From Lysobacterales bacterium (GTDB lineage Bacteria > Pseudomonadota > Gammaproteobacteria > Xanthomonadales > SZUA-5): a stretch of 64,000 nt of DNA. The notes below the pieces were generated by a model, which was given only the letters and a program-made list of their open reading frames with translations, was not told where the DNA came from and ran no database searches. This document shows, one piece after another, positions 8,978 through 19,766 of the stretch. Location: the NCBI GenBank assembly GCA_022844165.1, contig JALHMH010000015.1, forward strand, positions 1 to 64,000, in the 5' to 3' direction. A program made the position numbers and the translations under genes. Every line of letters starts with the position of its first letter. Within the stretch, counting starts at the first letter, position 1.

Positions 8978-10894
8978 ATGAACTTTTTCGAGCATCAGGC
9001 GCGCGCGCGATCGAATTCGCGGCGTGTGGTGGGCTTGTTTCTGCTCGCCGCGCTGGTGATCGTCGCCGCCATCAATGTGGTAGTGCTGGCTGTTTTTGTC
9101 TTGGGCGAAGCGCCAGAAGACGTTGATGCAATGTTGCTGCCGACGATGTTTGCGGCGACGGCTATCACCGTGGCGATTATTGGCCTGGGTTCGCTTTACA
9201 AGGTGCTTGCGCTGAAGCGGGGTGGTGGCGCGGTTGTGCGCGATCTGGGCGGCACGCTCGTTCCTGAAGATCCAGGCGATTTCCATTTGAAGCGCTTGCG
9301 CAATGTCGTGGAGGAGATGTCGATCGCTTCTGGTGTCCCGGTGCCCGAAATCTATGTGCTCGATCGCGAAGCCGGCATCAACGCGTTCGCCGCCGGGTAC
9401 AGCACCGCGGATGCAGCAATTGCTGTGACTCGGGGCACACTGGATCGCCTGAGTCGCGACGAGTTGCAGGCGGTTGTTGCCCATGAGTTCAGCCACATAT
9501 TGAACGGCGATATGCGCCTCAATGTGCGCCTGATGGGTTTGATATTCGGCCTGTTGGTGCTCGGGATGACCGGTCGTAAAGTGCTGGAAAGTATGCGCCA
9601 CGGTGGTTCGAAGAAGGACGGCGCACCATTGATGGTCATTGCGCTTGCGGTGATGGTGTTTGGCTATCTCGGGGTGTTTCTCGGTCGCATGATCAAGGCC
9701 TATGTGTCGCGCCAGCGCGAATTCCTGGCCGATGCGTCGGCCGTACAATTTACGCGCGTCAACCATGGGCTGACCGGCGCACTGATGAAGATTGGCGCAT
9801 TCGCGGCTGGCTCGAAACTGACGGATGCGGATGGCGAAGAAGTGGCGCACATGCTGTTTGGCGACGGCGTTGGCTACAGCGCGCTCACCGCAACGCATCC
9901 GCCCATCGACGAGCGCATCCGCCGCGTCGATCCGCGTTTCGATCCTCAGTTGCTGACCAAACTGACGGCGTTCGAAACACGCTTTGCGGGCATGGATGAG
10001 GACCACGAGCCGCTCGGCGCGATGGCGCTTCTCTCTGGAAAAATCGAACGCAAGTCCGAAACTGCGGATGCGCCCGGCGCACCTCAGTCGATTGTCGATC
10101 GGGTCGCGACACCGACATTGGCGCATGTCGAATTCGCATCGGACCTCAAGAGCGGCTTGCCGCCAGTATTGATCGCCGCCGCACACCAACGCGAACGCGC
10201 TATCGATGTCGTACTGGCGTTGCTGTTGTCGCGTGAGACCACCCATCGCGCCGCGAGCGAGGCGTTGATTGCCGATCGGCTCGGTTCTACGCGGCGCGAT
10301 GGTGCAATCGGACTGATCGGATTGCTGGAGGATTTGCCGGCGAGTTCCTATATGCCGCTGGCCTTGATCGCGCTGCCGTCCATCAAGCGACGACCAGAAT
10401 CCGAGTTGACCGCGGTCGTCGAATGCCTTGACGCGCTGATTCACGTTGACGGTCGTCTCGATTTGTTCGAGTTCGCCTTGGCGCGTTTGATTCGGCAAGA
10501 CTTGTTCGAGTCCAGGCACCCTGGGCAGTCGCAATCAATGACCAAGCTGCCGCACGTGGAGGCGGATGCTGTGCTGCTACTTCGCATGCTCGCAGCGCAC
10601 GGAGGTTCGGCTGAGCGCGCGCAGCGCGCCTTCGCGGCGGGCCTGTCCGTGCTCTATCCGCGCAGCGCGCACCGATTCGCGGCCCCGCCAGACAATTGGC
10701 CCGAACACCTCGACCGCGCGCTCACGGCGCTTGACGGGTTGATCCCGCCGGCAAAAGAGACCTTGGTGCTGGCCCTGGCGACAACCGCGATGTTCGATGG
10801 TGGGCTGACCATCGAAGAGGCGGAGCTATTGCGACTGGCGTGCGCGGCGCTGCATTGTCCATTGCCGCCGATTGTGCCCATGCGAACCGCTTGA
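8978..10894 (+). CDS. M48 family (HtpX-like) zinc metallopeptidase
   Basis: INAFAAG, HEFSH, SRQREFLADA, THPP. Confidence 0.9.
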   Translation: MNFFEHQARARSNSRRVVGLFLLAALVIVAAINVVVLAVFVLGEAPEDVDAMLLPTMFAATAITVAIIGLGSLYKVLALKRGGGAVVRDLGGTLVPEDPGDFHLKRLRNVVEEMSIASGVPVPEIYVLDREAGINAFAAGYSTADAAIAVTRGTLDRLSRDELQAVVAHEFSHILNGDMRLNVRLMGLIFGLLVLGMTGRKVLESMRHGGSKKDGAPLMVIALAVMVFGYLGVFLGRMIKAYVSRQREFLADASAVQFTRVNHGLTGALMKIGAFAAGSKLTDADGEEVAHMLFGDGVGYSALTATHPPIDERIRRVDPRFDPQLLTKLTAFETRFAGMDEDHEPLGAMALLSGKIERKSETADAPGAPQSIVDRVATPTLAHVEFASDLKSGLPPVLIAAAHQRERAIDVVLALLLSRETTHRAASEALIADRLGSTRRDGAIGLIGLLEDLPASSYMPLALIALPSIKRRPESELTAVVECLDALIHVDGRLDLFEFALARLIRQDLFESRHPGQSQSMTKLPHVEADAVLLLRMLAAHGGSAERAQRAFAAGLSVLYPRSAHRFAAPPDNWPEHLDRALTALDGLIPPAKETLVLALATTAMFDGGLTIEEAELLRLACAALHCPLPPIVPMRTA

Positions 10895-11177
10895 GTTGCG
10901 CGTTGTTGCATAGGTACAACACGCGGCTTCTCGCGCCGGGCCAGACCGAGTCTGCCACCAGAACCTGGTTTTCGGCGAATGAAGCTGGCAATGCTCGTCA
11001 GTCCGAGGCGGATCTTCTATGGAATCAAAGTTTTGCGTTCACCGCGGTGCCCGAGCTGCCCAAAAATTTTCACGACTCGGAATTCTTGGTGTAACCTTGT
11101 CGGAAATTTGGTATTCCACCGAATAGTTGGCAGTTTTTCGATTCGTGTGGCAGGACTTTACCTAGTGGGGGTTAGGC

Positions 11178-12188
11178 ATGGCAAAGAAAGCACTGCTGAT
11201 GGCGATGGTTGTGAGTCTGGCGTTGGCCGCGTGTTCCGACGAGACGCCACCGTCGGCCAACACCCCGGCTCCTGGGGCCTCGATCGCCGCGCCAGCCGCG
11301 GCCACTGAGACGCCGCCGACCGGGCAGGCGCCGGTGACGGTTGCTGAACTGCTGGATTCGGCGCGTCTTGCGATGCGCGAACAGCGCTTGATTCAGCCGG
11401 TCGGCAACAACGCCATTGAGATGTATCTGAAAGTCCTCGAACAGGAGCCAGACAACCGTCAGGCGCAGTTGGCAATTCTGGAGTTGATGCCGCTTGCCCA
11501 AGGCGTTGCCGAACAGATGATCGACAGCCAGCGTTTGGATGAAGCGCAACAAGCAATTGCGCTCCTGAAACGCGCGCAGCCCGACTCGGTGGTGGTGACG
11601 ACGCTTGAGCAACGCATCGTCACAGAGCGCCGAGCGGAAGCGCAGCGCACGCAAGCCGAGGCCGAACAGCTGCGGCTTGCCGAACAACGAAGAGTGCAAG
11701 AGGCCCAGATTGCCCAACAGCAGGCGGCTGCTGCGCCCCCGCCGGCGGAGCCGCGCCCTGCCGCGCAACCGGTAGCGACGACAACCGTTCCACCGGCACG
11801 CGAATCAGCACCTGCACCGGCACCAGCGTCGCCACCAGCGACACCGTCGGCGACACCCGCGGCTCAGCTGGCCTCTGCAGCGCCAGCGCCATCCGTTGCC
11901 GCCAGTACTGCGCCTCAAAGCCGCGACTTCAGTTTGGTACGGCGGGTCGATCCTGACTATCCCTCGCAGGCTCTTCGTACTCGGACCGAGGGATGGGTGG
12001 AGCTGTCTTTTACGATCACGGCGTCGGGTGATGTGGAAGAGGTTTCCGTGGTCAACTCCAACCCGCGCCGCATTTTCGATCGAGAGGCGATTCGCGCTTT
12101 GAGCCAATGGAAATTCAATCCACGCACGGAAGGCGGACGGGCAGTTTCGACCAAAGCACGGCAGCGGCTCGAGTTTTCGCTCGACTAA
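11178..12188 (+). CDS. TonB family protein with lipoprotein signal
   Basis: LALAAC lipobox, Pro/Ala-rich linker, C-terminal PDYP...GWVELSFTI...WKFNP. Confidence 0.85.
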   Translation: MAKKALLMAMVVSLALAACSDETPPSANTPAPGASIAAPAAATETPPTGQAPVTVAELLDSARLAMREQRLIQPVGNNAIEMYLKVLEQEPDNRQAQLAILELMPLAQGVAEQMIDSQRLDEAQQAIALLKRAQPDSVVVTTLEQRIVTERRAEAQRTQAEAEQLRLAEQRRVQEAQIAQQQAAAAPPPAEPRPAAQPVATTTVPPARESAPAPAPASPPATPSATPAAQLASAAPAPSVAASTAPQSRDFSLVRRVDPDYPSQALRTRTEGWVELSFTITASGDVEEVSVVNSNPRRIFDREAIRALSQWKFNPRTEGGRAVSTKARQRLEFSLD

Positions 12189-12201
12189 CGGGCACTTCTA
12201 A

Positions 12202-12353
12202 CACGTTCTTGAGAAACGCACTTCCTGTGCGTTTCTCAAGTCGCGAGTCCGGCACATGTCCGGACTCGCTCTCCATGGATCAAGCACTTACGTGCTCGAC
12301 CCATGTGCGAACCATCCATGGTTCGCGCCCGCAGGCTGTTTCTCAACAGCCTT
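12202..12353. mobile_element. MITE family B, copy 1, flanked by CTAA direct repeats
   Basis: CTAA-CACGTTCTTGAG...CTCAACAGCCTT-CTAA; internal segment shared with 58725-58828 and 63113-63230. Confidence 0.75.
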
Positions 12354-12971
12354 CTAAGGCTCGCCCGTTGTTCGGCGTGCTTTTGCTCGCAAAATCGCGT
12401 CTGCCAGCGTGCTGGCACCTGTCGAGAGTTTGAGTGACTCGCGTTTGGCCGAGATTGTCCGAATTTTCGCAGCAACTCGATCCGCCTCGCGATGGACGTG
12501 TGCCGCATACCGCTGACGCAGTTGCACGATTTCTTCCTGGCCAAAGGCAAGGCGCGGTCCGCCAAGATCTTGAGCGTCTGGCACCATGACGATGCAGTCG
12601 ACGGGACAAGGCGCAACGCATAGCTCGCAGCCTGTGCAATCCGTTGCGATCACGGTGTGCATGCGTTTGTTGGCGCCAACAATGGCATCGACCGGGCATG
12701 CCGGAAGGCACTTGGTACAGCCAATGCAATGTTCTTCCAGAATCCAGGCAACGGTGCGTGGCGCTTCGATTCCGTGCGCTGGATCGAGCGGCAGTGCGGG
12801 CATGCCAGTCAGGGTTGCGAGCGCCGCGATGGTTGCAGAGCCACCCGGTGGGCACTGATTGATGCGCGCCTCGCCGCGGACGATGGCTTCAGCGTAGGGG
12901 CGGCAGCCTTGGTAGCCGCAGCGCGTGCACTGGGTCTGCGGTAGCAGCGCGTCGATCGCATCGACGTTCAT
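12354..12971 (-). CDS. rnfB: RnfB/RsxB-like Fe-S protein
   Basis: [14 protein letters not shown] and two CxxCxxCxxxCP ferredoxin motifs. Confidence 0.88.
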   Translation of the reverse strand: MNVDAIDALLPQTQCTRCGYQGCRPYAEAIVRGEARINQCPPGGSATIAALATLTGMPALPLDPAHGIEAPRTVAWILEEHCIGCTKCLPACPVDAIVGANKRMHTVIATDCTGCELCVAPCPVDCIVMVPDAQDLGGPRLAFGQEEIVQLRQRYAAHVHREADRVAAKIRTISAKRESLKLSTGASTLADAILRAKARRTTGEP

Positions 12972-13000
12972 CTGTCGCTAGCTCAGAAATCTCAAAATTT

Positions 13001-15079
13001 TCATTTTACGCGCATCCCCGGCTGTGCGCCGTTATCCGGCGCCAGCAGAAACGGGCCGCCGCGGTCGTCTGATGCTGCGAGCACCATGCCTTCGGAGATG
13101 CCGAAGCGCATTTTACGAGGAGCCAGATTGGCGACGATCACCGTGAGGCGTCCGACGAGCGACTCGGTGGGATAGGCACGCTTGATTCCTGCGAAGACCT
13201 GCCGCGTGCCGAGCGAGCCCACATCAAGCGTCAACTTGAGCAGTTTGTCCGCTTCGGCGACCGCGTCTGCCGATACGATTCGAGCAATGCGCAAATCGAT
13301 CGCAGTGAATTGTTCGATGGCGACGGTGTCGGCTGCTGGCGACGATGCGGCGGGCTTTTCAGCAGCTGATTTTTGAGTCACCGCCGGTGGTGCGGGCGCC
13401 GCAGTCATCGTGTCGATCGATGCCGCGATCATGGCGGCGACCGCCTTGGGATCGATGCGCATCGCCAGCGCGCTGAACGCGTTGATGCGATGGCCGGCTG
13501 GCAGTGGCGCATCGACATCCGCAAAGCGCTCAATGGTATCGCCCAAAAAAGACTCGCTGGCAACGATCAGGCGTGGAACGATGGGTTTGAGCCAGGCGCA
13601 CAACAGGCGATAGCCGTTGATTGCCAGCGAACAGATTGCGTGTAGCTCTGTTTCGCGCGACGGGTCTTTGGCCAGCGTCCATGGCGCACTTTCGGCGATC
13701 AGCGCGTTCAGTGAGTCGGCGACGGCCATGGTTTCGCGCAATACGCTGCCGAAATCACGCTGCGCGAACGCCTCCAGACATCGCGATTTGAGCGCGACAG
13801 CCTGTTGTTCGTACCAAGTCGCAGCATCGCCGCTCAGCGCCGCGAGTCGTCCATCGAACTGTCTGCTGATGAAACCCGCGCAGCGACTTGCGATGTTGAC
13901 GAATTTGCCTACCAGATCTGCATTCACGCGCAGCGCAAAATCGTCGAGATTGAGGTCGAGGTCTTCGACGCCGCCGTTCGATTTTCCCGCGTAGTAGTAG
14001 CGCAGATAGTCTGGATTCAAACCGACGTCGAGATACGTACGCGCCTGGATGAAGGTCCCGCGGGACTTGCTCATCTTGGCGCCGTTGACGGTCAGATAAC
14101 CATTGACATGCAATCCGGTGGGAGCTCGGTAGCCGGCGGCGTGTAGCACGGCCGGCCAGAACAGGCCATGGAAGTTGACAATGTCCTTGCCGATAAAATG
14201 ATGTAGCTCGGTGTCGGAATCGGCTTTGAGAAAACGGTCGAAATCCAGGCCCGTGCGGTCGCACAACGCCCGAAAGCTCGCGAGATACCCAATCGGTGCA
14301 TCCAGCCAAACATAGAAGTACTTGCCGGGGGCACCCGGTATTTCAAAGCCGAAGTACGGGGCGTCGCGCGAGATGTCCCATGCGCGCAGGCCGGCATCGA
14401 TCCACTCGCGTAACTTGGCACGCACGCCAGACCGGGTATCGAGCCACGGCGAATCCGGTTGCGGTGTGTCGGCCAGGAAACGTGCCAGGAAGTCCTGGAA
14501 TTGGCCGAGTTCGAAAAAGTAATGTTCCGACTCGCGCAGCTCAGGCGTTGCGCCGGACACAACGCTTTGAGGTTCGATTAAGTCTGTCGGTGCATAGGTG
14601 GCGCCGCAGTTTTCGCAGTTGTCGCCGTACTGGTCCGGCGTCTTGCATTTTGGGCAAATGCCCTTGATATAGCGATCTGGCAAAAACATCGCCTTGACCG
14701 GGTCATAGAACTGCTGCACGCCTTTGCTGGAAATAGCTCCGCGCGCCTTCAGCGCCAGGTAGATGTTCTCCGTGAGCGCGCGATTCTCCTCCGAATGCGT
14801 CGAGTGGTAGTGATCGAATGCGACACCAAAGTCGGCAAAATCGCGTTCATGCGCTGCCTTGAGCGGCGCGACAAATGCCTCTGGCGTGACGCCTTTTTTT
14901 TCTGCCGCGAGCATGATCGGCGTACCATGGGTGTCGTCGGCACACACGAAGTGCACCTCGCGCCCCATCAAGCGTTGCGCGCGAACATAGATGTCGGCCT
15001 GGATATAACCCACCAGATGCCCCAGGTGCAGCGGGCCATTGGCATAGGGCAGGGCGTTGGTCACGAGCTGCGCTTTCAT
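13001..15079 (-). CDS. metG: methionyl-tRNA synthetase
   Basis: [19 protein letters not shown]-terminal tRNA-binding domain. Confidence 0.98.
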   Translation of the reverse strand: MKAQLVTNALPYANGPLHLGHLVGYIQADIYVRAQRLMGREVHFVCADDTHGTPIMLAAEKKGVTPEAFVAPLKAAHERDFADFGVAFDHYHSTHSEENRALTENIYLALKARGAISSKGVQQFYDPVKAMFLPDRYIKGICPKCKTPDQYGDNCENCGATYAPTDLIEPQSVVSGATPELRESEHYFFELGQFQDFLARFLADTPQPDSPWLDTRSGVRAKLREWIDAGLRAWDISRDAPYFGFEIPGAPGKYFYVWLDAPIGYLASFRALCDRTGLDFDRFLKADSDTELHHFIGKDIVNFHGLFWPAVLHAAGYRAPTGLHVNGYLTVNGAKMSKSRGTFIQARTYLDVGLNPDYLRYYYAGKSNGGVEDLDLNLDDFALRVNADLVGKFVNIASRCAGFISRQFDGRLAALSGDAATWYEQQAVALKSRCLEAFAQRDFGSVLRETMAVADSLNALIAESAPWTLAKDPSRETELHAICSLAINGYRLLCAWLKPIVPRLIVASESFLGDTIERFADVDAPLPAGHRINAFSALAMRIDPKAVAAMIAASIDTMTAAPAPPAVTQKSAAEKPAASSPAADTVAIEQFTAIDLRIARIVSADAVAEADKLLKLTLDVGSLGTRQVFAGIKRAYPTESLVGRLTVIVANLAPRKMRFGISEGMVLAASDDRGGPFLLAPDNGAQPGMRVK

Positions 15080-15146
15080 CTGATCACATCAGTCAGGCAT
15101 GAGAACCCGGCATTATCGGAGATTACGACTGAACAAGGTGCGCGCA

Positions 15147-16235
15147 ATGACCCTGACCGCAGATGACATCCGCGAAATGCTCAAAGACATCATCGATCCA
15201 CATCACGGCGAGAACCTGATCGACAGCGGCGCCGTGCGTGGTGTTGGCGTAGATGGCGATCGTGTTGCTGTCGAAATCGCCCTGGCCTATCCGGCCGAAT
15301 CCTACGTCGACGTGCTGGCGCAGCAAGTGGAAGCGCACCTGCAGGCCGACCCGCGCATCGCGCGCGCCACCGTCGAAGTCGGCTGGCAGGTCCTCACGCA
15401 CAAGGTGCAACAAGGACTGGCACCGTTACCTGAGGTGCGCAACATCATTGCGGTGGCCAGCGGCAAAGGGGGCGTCGGCAAGAGCACGACGGCAGTCAAT
15501 TTAGCGCTCGCGTTGCACGTGGAAGGCGCTCATGTGGGCGTGCTGGATGCCGATATTTATGGCCCAAGCCAGCCACGAATGTTGGGACTTCGCGGCAAAC
15601 CGGACACGCGGGATGGCAAAGTCATCGTGCCCAAGATGGCTTATGGCATTCAGGTAATGTCGATCGGCTTCATGATCGAAGAAGACACGCCGATGATCTG
15701 GCGCGGACCGATGGTCACCCAGGCACTGCAGCAGCTGCTCAACGAGACCGCGTGGGAAGACCTCGATTATCTGATCATCGACCTGCCGCCCGGTACGGGC
15801 GATATCCAGCTGACCTTGTGCCAGCGAGTGCCAGTGTCTGGAGCGGTCATTGTGACGACGCCACAGGACATTGCATTGCTGGATGCACGCAAGGGACTGA
15901 AGATGTTCGAAAAGGTCGCAGTGCCGGTGTTGGGTGTCGTAGAGAACATGAGTACGCACATTTGTTCGAACTGCGGGTTCGAGGAGCCGATCTTCGGCAC
16001 AGGCGGTGGCGAGAGATTGGCCGCTGATTACCATGTGCCATTACTGGGCCGATTGCCACTGGATATTCGCATTCGCGAAGAGGCAGACGGCGGCCATCCC
16101 ACCGTCATCGCCGAACCGCATTCAACGATCGCCGCCACGTATCGTCAGATTGCACGATCCGCCGCCGCGCGCCTGTCCCGGCAGGCCCGCAACAAGCAGA
16201 TCAGCTTCCCGAACATCGTGATTCAGGCGACTTGA
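15147..16235 (+). CDS. apbC: iron-sulfur cluster carrier ApbC/Mrp
   Basis: SGKGGVGKST, DADIYGPS, DLPPGTGD, CxxC. Confidence 0.95.
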   Translation: MTLTADDIREMLKDIIDPHHGENLIDSGAVRGVGVDGDRVAVEIALAYPAESYVDVLAQQVEAHLQADPRIARATVEVGWQVLTHKVQQGLAPLPEVRNIIAVASGKGGVGKSTTAVNLALALHVEGAHVGVLDADIYGPSQPRMLGLRGKPDTRDGKVIVPKMAYGIQVMSIGFMIEEDTPMIWRGPMVTQALQQLLNETAWEDLDYLIIDLPPGTGDIQLTLCQRVPVSGAVIVTTPQDIALLDARKGLKMFEKVAVPVLGVVENMSTHICSNCGFEEPIFGTGGGERLAADYHVPLLGRLPLDIRIREEADGGHPTVIAEPHSTIAATYRQIARSAAARLSRQARNKQISFPNIVIQAT

Positions 16236-16351
16236 GAACATGCGCCTTACGTGCGAATGCGCCGAGCCACCGGGTCAACACTCCCGCGACGTGGGCGCTC
16301 AATTCCGGGCGGTTCGATGGTCGGCGTTGTCTCGGGGTGATCGGCGGTTTT

Positions 16352-16747
16352 GTGCGCCTTAATCAAGTTACCATTCCGGCAATTGATGTCGAGAAATCGA
16401 TCCAGTTCTACTGTGGTTTGGGACTGCGCCTGATCGTTCGGGCGCTGCCGCGCTATGCGCGCTTTGAATTGCCGGAGGGCGATGCGACTTTCTCTCTGCA
16501 CCAGGTCAATGGTCTCGCCGAAGAAACGGGTTTCGTTGTTTACTTCGAATGCGCCGACTTAAACTCGAAAGTCCAAGTTCTTCGGGAACAAGGATTTGTG
16601 TTCTTTCAAGAACCTCAGGATGAACGGTGGCTATGGCGAGAGGCTCGCCTGCGCGATCCTTCAGGCAATGTGGTGTGCCTGTATTGGGCCGGAGAATACC
16701 GGCGTTTTCCGCCCTGGCGTTTGCCGGCGGCACAGAGCGTTGCCTGA
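16352..16747 (+). CDS. VOC/glyoxalase family protein
   Basis: LNQVT...FY, WLWREARLRDPSGN. Confidence 0.85.
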   Translation: MRLNQVTIPAIDVEKSIQFYCGLGLRLIVRALPRYARFELPEGDATFSLHQVNGLAEETGFVVYFECADLNSKVQVLREQGFVFFQEPQDERWLWREARLRDPSGNVVCLYWAGEYRRFPPWRLPAAQSVA

Positions 16748-16752
16748 GATGC

Positions 16753-16986
16753 TTAGCCGATGCGGACGCGGAGGCGTTTGGCGCTGGAAGCGGCGCCGCT
16801 CTGGATGGTCACGCGGGATTTGCTGACGCCATAGTGGCGAGCGCAAAGTTCGATCAGCTCTTCGTTTGCCTCGCCGTCGATGGGTGCGGAAATCAGTGAA
16901 ACGAAGATGCGCCCGTCAGGTTGGATCAGCCAACTGTTCTTTCGTGCCAACGTCTTGACGCGGACGGAGAGGACAACCTCGCTCAT
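16753..16986 (-). CDS. DUF167 (YggU) family protein
   Basis: APIDGEANEELI, SGAASSAK. Confidence 0.8.
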   Translation of the reverse strand: MSEVVLSVRVKTLARKNSWLIQPDGRIFVSLISAPIDGEANEELIELCARHYGVSKSRVTIQSGAASSAKRLRVRIG

Positions 16987-17825
16987 CGCCTCGTCATAAA
17001 GGCAATTCGCTCGAACAAATGGACGTCTTGCTCATTCTTCAGCAAAGCCCCATGCAGCGGCGGGATGATCTTGCGCTGGTTCTTCTCGTGCAGCACTTCG
17101 GTTGGGATATCTTCGGCGAGGAGTAGTTTCAGCCAGTCGAGTAATTCGCTGGTCGACGGCTTTTTCTTGAGGCCAGGCGCTTCCCGGACCAGGAAGAATG
17201 CGGCCAGCGCTTCGCGCAACAAATCTTGTTTGAGCCCCGGGAAATGCACGTCGACGATCGCGCGCAGCCCCGCTTCATCGGGAAAACGGATGTAGTGGAA
17301 AAAGCAGCGGCGCAGGAAGGCGTCGGGCAGTTCTTTCTCATTGTTGCTGGTGATGATGACGATCGGCCTGAAATTCGCGCGCACAGTCTGCTGTGTTTCG
17401 TAAACAAAGAACTCCATTCGATCGAGTTCGCGCAAAAGATCGTTTGGGAATTCGATATCTGCCTTGTCGATCTCATCGATCAGCAGCACGGCACGCTGCT
17501 CGCTGGCGAAGGCTTCCCACAGCTTACCCGGCACGATGTAATTACTGATTTCGCTCGCGCGCGCCTGTCCAAGTTGTGCATCGCGAAGGCGATTCACCGC
17601 GTCGTATTCGTACAAGCCATGTTGAGCTTTGGTTGTGCTCTTGACGTGCCATTCGATCAGTGGTGCGCCGAAGGACTTTGAGACTTCCTGGGCAAGCAGC
17701 GTCTTGCCGGTTCCCGGTTCGCCTTTGATCAATAATGGCCGTTCGAGCGCGACGGCAGCATTGACTGCGAGCGCCAGTTCTTCGGACGCCACATAGCGTT
17801 CGGTACTGCTGAATCGTGCGCTCAT
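16983..17825 (-). CDS. MoxR family AAA+ ATPase
   Basis: GEPGTGKT, LLIDEIDKAD, ELPDAFLRRC. Confidence 0.93.
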   Translation of the reverse strand: MSARFSSTERYVASEELALAVNAAVALERPLLIKGEPGTGKTLLAQEVSKSFGAPLIEWHVKSTTKAQHGLYEYDAVNRLRDAQLGQARASEISNYIVPGKLWEAFASEQRAVLLIDEIDKADIEFPNDLLRELDRMEFFVYETQQTVRANFRPIVIITSNNEKELPDAFLRRCFFHYIRFPDEAGLRAIVDVHFPGLKQDLLREALAAFFLVREAPGLKKKPSTSELLDWLKLLLAEDIPTEVLHEKNQRKIIPPLHGALLKNEQDVHLFERIAFMTRR

Positions 17826-18139
17826 GGGGATCGGTGCGGGAGTGGCATCGGGATGATCTTGTCGCCGCTGATGCCGTCGCGGATCGCTGCGGTGCCGCGT
17901 TCGTCGACCTCTTCGATACGCATGATGCTCTGCATCGGCAAATGCAGTGAGCGCGTCCGCGAAAACTCGTCACGCAGCTTTTCTTCGGTTGGGTCTACCA
18001 GCATGCCGTCACGGGGCGCAAACTCAAGCTCCGAGACGCAAGTGAAGCCCCAAAGATCGCTGGAGCTGACGCGTTTTGCATAGAGCTCGTAAATTTTGCC
18101 GTGGTTCAAGAACACAACTTTGTACAGTTTACGGGACAC
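17822..18139 (-). CDS. DUF1820 family protein
   Basis: YKVVFLNHGKIYELYA, VDPTEEKLRDEF. Confidence 0.8.
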   Translation of the reverse strand: MSRKLYKVVFLNHGKIYELYAKRVSSSDLWGFTCVSELEFAPRDGMLVDPTEEKLRDEFSRTRSLHLPMQSIMRIEEVDERGTAAIRDGISGDKIIPMPLPHRSP

Positions 18140-18231
18140 AAAAGAGAATCCGACGCGTGGGGTGTCGATAGTGACGGAGTTTGGGGTTGCCGGTAAAGCG
18201 TTTGCGTTGTGATTGTTTGACGAGTGTTTCC

Positions 18232-18753
18232 TCAATCCTGGCGGTGCGGCGTCTGGTCTGGCGCGGCGCGATCTTGTCCGATGCCGTAGGCGCCTGCCAT
18301 CAAGGCTGAGACAGGGTGAGTCTCCGTCGACGCTTGTACCAACTCGCGCCCTGCAGCTTCGAGTTTCTCCATCTGTTCGGCCAGCGTGCGGCGCGAACGA
18401 TCGAGCTCGTTGAGCGACTGTTTCAGTTGCGCCAGCGTTGCGATATCTCCGTGGTCACGCAACCATAGCCTGCGTAGCAGCAGGTCCTTGAGCGCTTTTT
18501 GCACCAGCGGTGCCAAATTCAGTGATGACAGCGCGTCGCGCGTCAAGGAACTGGGCAAGGTTGCTACCCATTGTTGCATCGAGACCATGCGATCGCGGCA
18601 AGCGTGCAAATCACGCTCAAGTTCGTCGGCACTATCCATGATGCGCCGCAGCGTGTCTTGTCGCCGACGCAAACCGATGAGCCGCAGCACAAGGTAAAGG
18701 ACGACCAGTCCAGCGAGTGCGAGTGCGGCAAAGAGCGAATAAACGGTCATCAT
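18232..18753 (-). CDS. hypothetical membrane-anchored coiled-coil protein
   Basis: N-terminal TM helix followed by a helical domain. Confidence 0.65.
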   Translation of the reverse strand: MMTVYSLFAALALAGLVVLYLVLRLIGLRRRQDTLRRIMDSADELERDLHACRDRMVSMQQWVATLPSSLTRDALSSLNLAPLVQKALKDLLLRRLWLRDHGDIATLAQLKQSLNELDRSRRTLAEQMEKLEAAGRELVQASTETHPVSALMAGAYGIGQDRAAPDQTPHRQD

Positions 18754-18828
18754 CGATACGGAAGATACGGTGATCGCCGCGCGCCTGCACGATGGCGTCC
18801 GCTCTGGGCAGACGGGGTGGACAGCGCG

Positions 18829-18862
18829 CAAAAAAGAACGGCCCCGTCGGGGGCCGTTCTTG
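18829..18862 (-). terminator. intrinsic terminator after the exbB-like gene
   Basis: AAGAACGGCCCC/GGGGCCGTTCTT stem followed by a T-run on the minus strand. Confidence 0.8.
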
Positions 18863-18880
18863 GTTGGGATGAACAGATGT

Positions 18881-19633
18881 TCAGGCTTTGCCAGGGACCG
18901 GTTTGGCGCCTGGGGCGGCAACACGTACCGTCGGCTGAGGTCCGCCGCCGACACGGGCGCCGGTTGCGAAATAGTCGTGCAGGTCGTGCGAAAACTCGTC
19001 GAACTGCCCCAATGTCACGCGGTTGGCGCGGACAAAAAAGTTGTACGCCAGCACTGAGGGAATCGCAACGCCCAACCCAATGCAGGTCATGATCAACGCT
19101 TCACCGACGGGCGCCGCAACGACATCCAGAGAGGCCTGGCCAGTCGCGCCAATCTTGATCAACGCGTGATAAATGCCCCAAACGGTACCAAAAAGGCCGA
19201 CGAATGGTGCCGTGGAACCGACCGATGCCAGCCACGTGAGGCCGTTCTCCAGCTTGGCGCTTTCGCGACCCACAGCCTGACGCAGTGCGCGGTCGATGAA
19301 CTCGCTACGATTCAGCGCTTCCACCAGGCGACTACCTTCATTGCTGGCGTGATGCTGTGCTGCGCTGGCGCAATCGAGTGCAATCTTCGAAAACGGCTCT
19401 CCGGCTGGCTGCGCTTCCATGGCGCGCTTGGCCTCTTGAGGGTTTGTTGTTTGCCAGAACGTCTCAATGACTTTTCCGGCACGCGAACGAATGCCGTAGT
19501 TACGGATCGAAACGACGACAATGAACCACACGGTGCCGATGAACATCAAAAGCATCACAAAAAAGACGAACTTACCGACGAAGTCGGAAGCTGCCCACAT
19601 GTGTGCTAAACCCATTTGTCCTTCCATGTTCAT
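18881..19633 (-). CDS. exbB: MotA/TolQ/ExbB proton channel protein
   Basis: LASVGSTAPFVGLFGTVWGI, VGEALIMT, AIPSVLAYN. Confidence 0.9.
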   Translation of the reverse strand: MNMEGQMGLAHMWAASDFVGKFVFFVMLLMFIGTVWFIVVVSIRNYGIRSRAGKVIETFWQTTNPQEAKRAMEAQPAGEPFSKIALDCASAAQHHASNEGSRLVEALNRSEFIDRALRQAVGRESAKLENGLTWLASVGSTAPFVGLFGTVWGIYHALIKIGATGQASLDVVAAPVGEALIMTCIGLGVAIPSVLAYNFFVRANRVTLGQFDEFSHDLHDYFATGARVGGGPQPTVRVAAPGAKPVPGKA

Positions 19634-19766
19634 CGACCTCTTGGTTGGCTGTTGATCGCCCGGCGTTTGCCGGATCATTTGTTGTTAGGGGCAAGCCCCC
19701 AGACGCCGTATCCTACACAGGTTTTGCGGCATGCTGCCACAACCTTGTTGACAACCCGGTACGCAA

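Noticed and set aside
8948-10534. 528-aa antisense ORF (and similar long shadow ORFs such as 43681-44967 and 34959-36080)
   Set aside because: They lie opposite well-supported genes, are expected in high-GC DNA, and show no recognisable motifs
8365-10894. lemA plus M48 protease as a new system
   Set aside because: Widely known gene pair
12354-16235. Stand-alone rnfB beside metG/apbC as a novelty
   Set aside because: As I recall, this is an ordinary arrangement in Xanthomonadales
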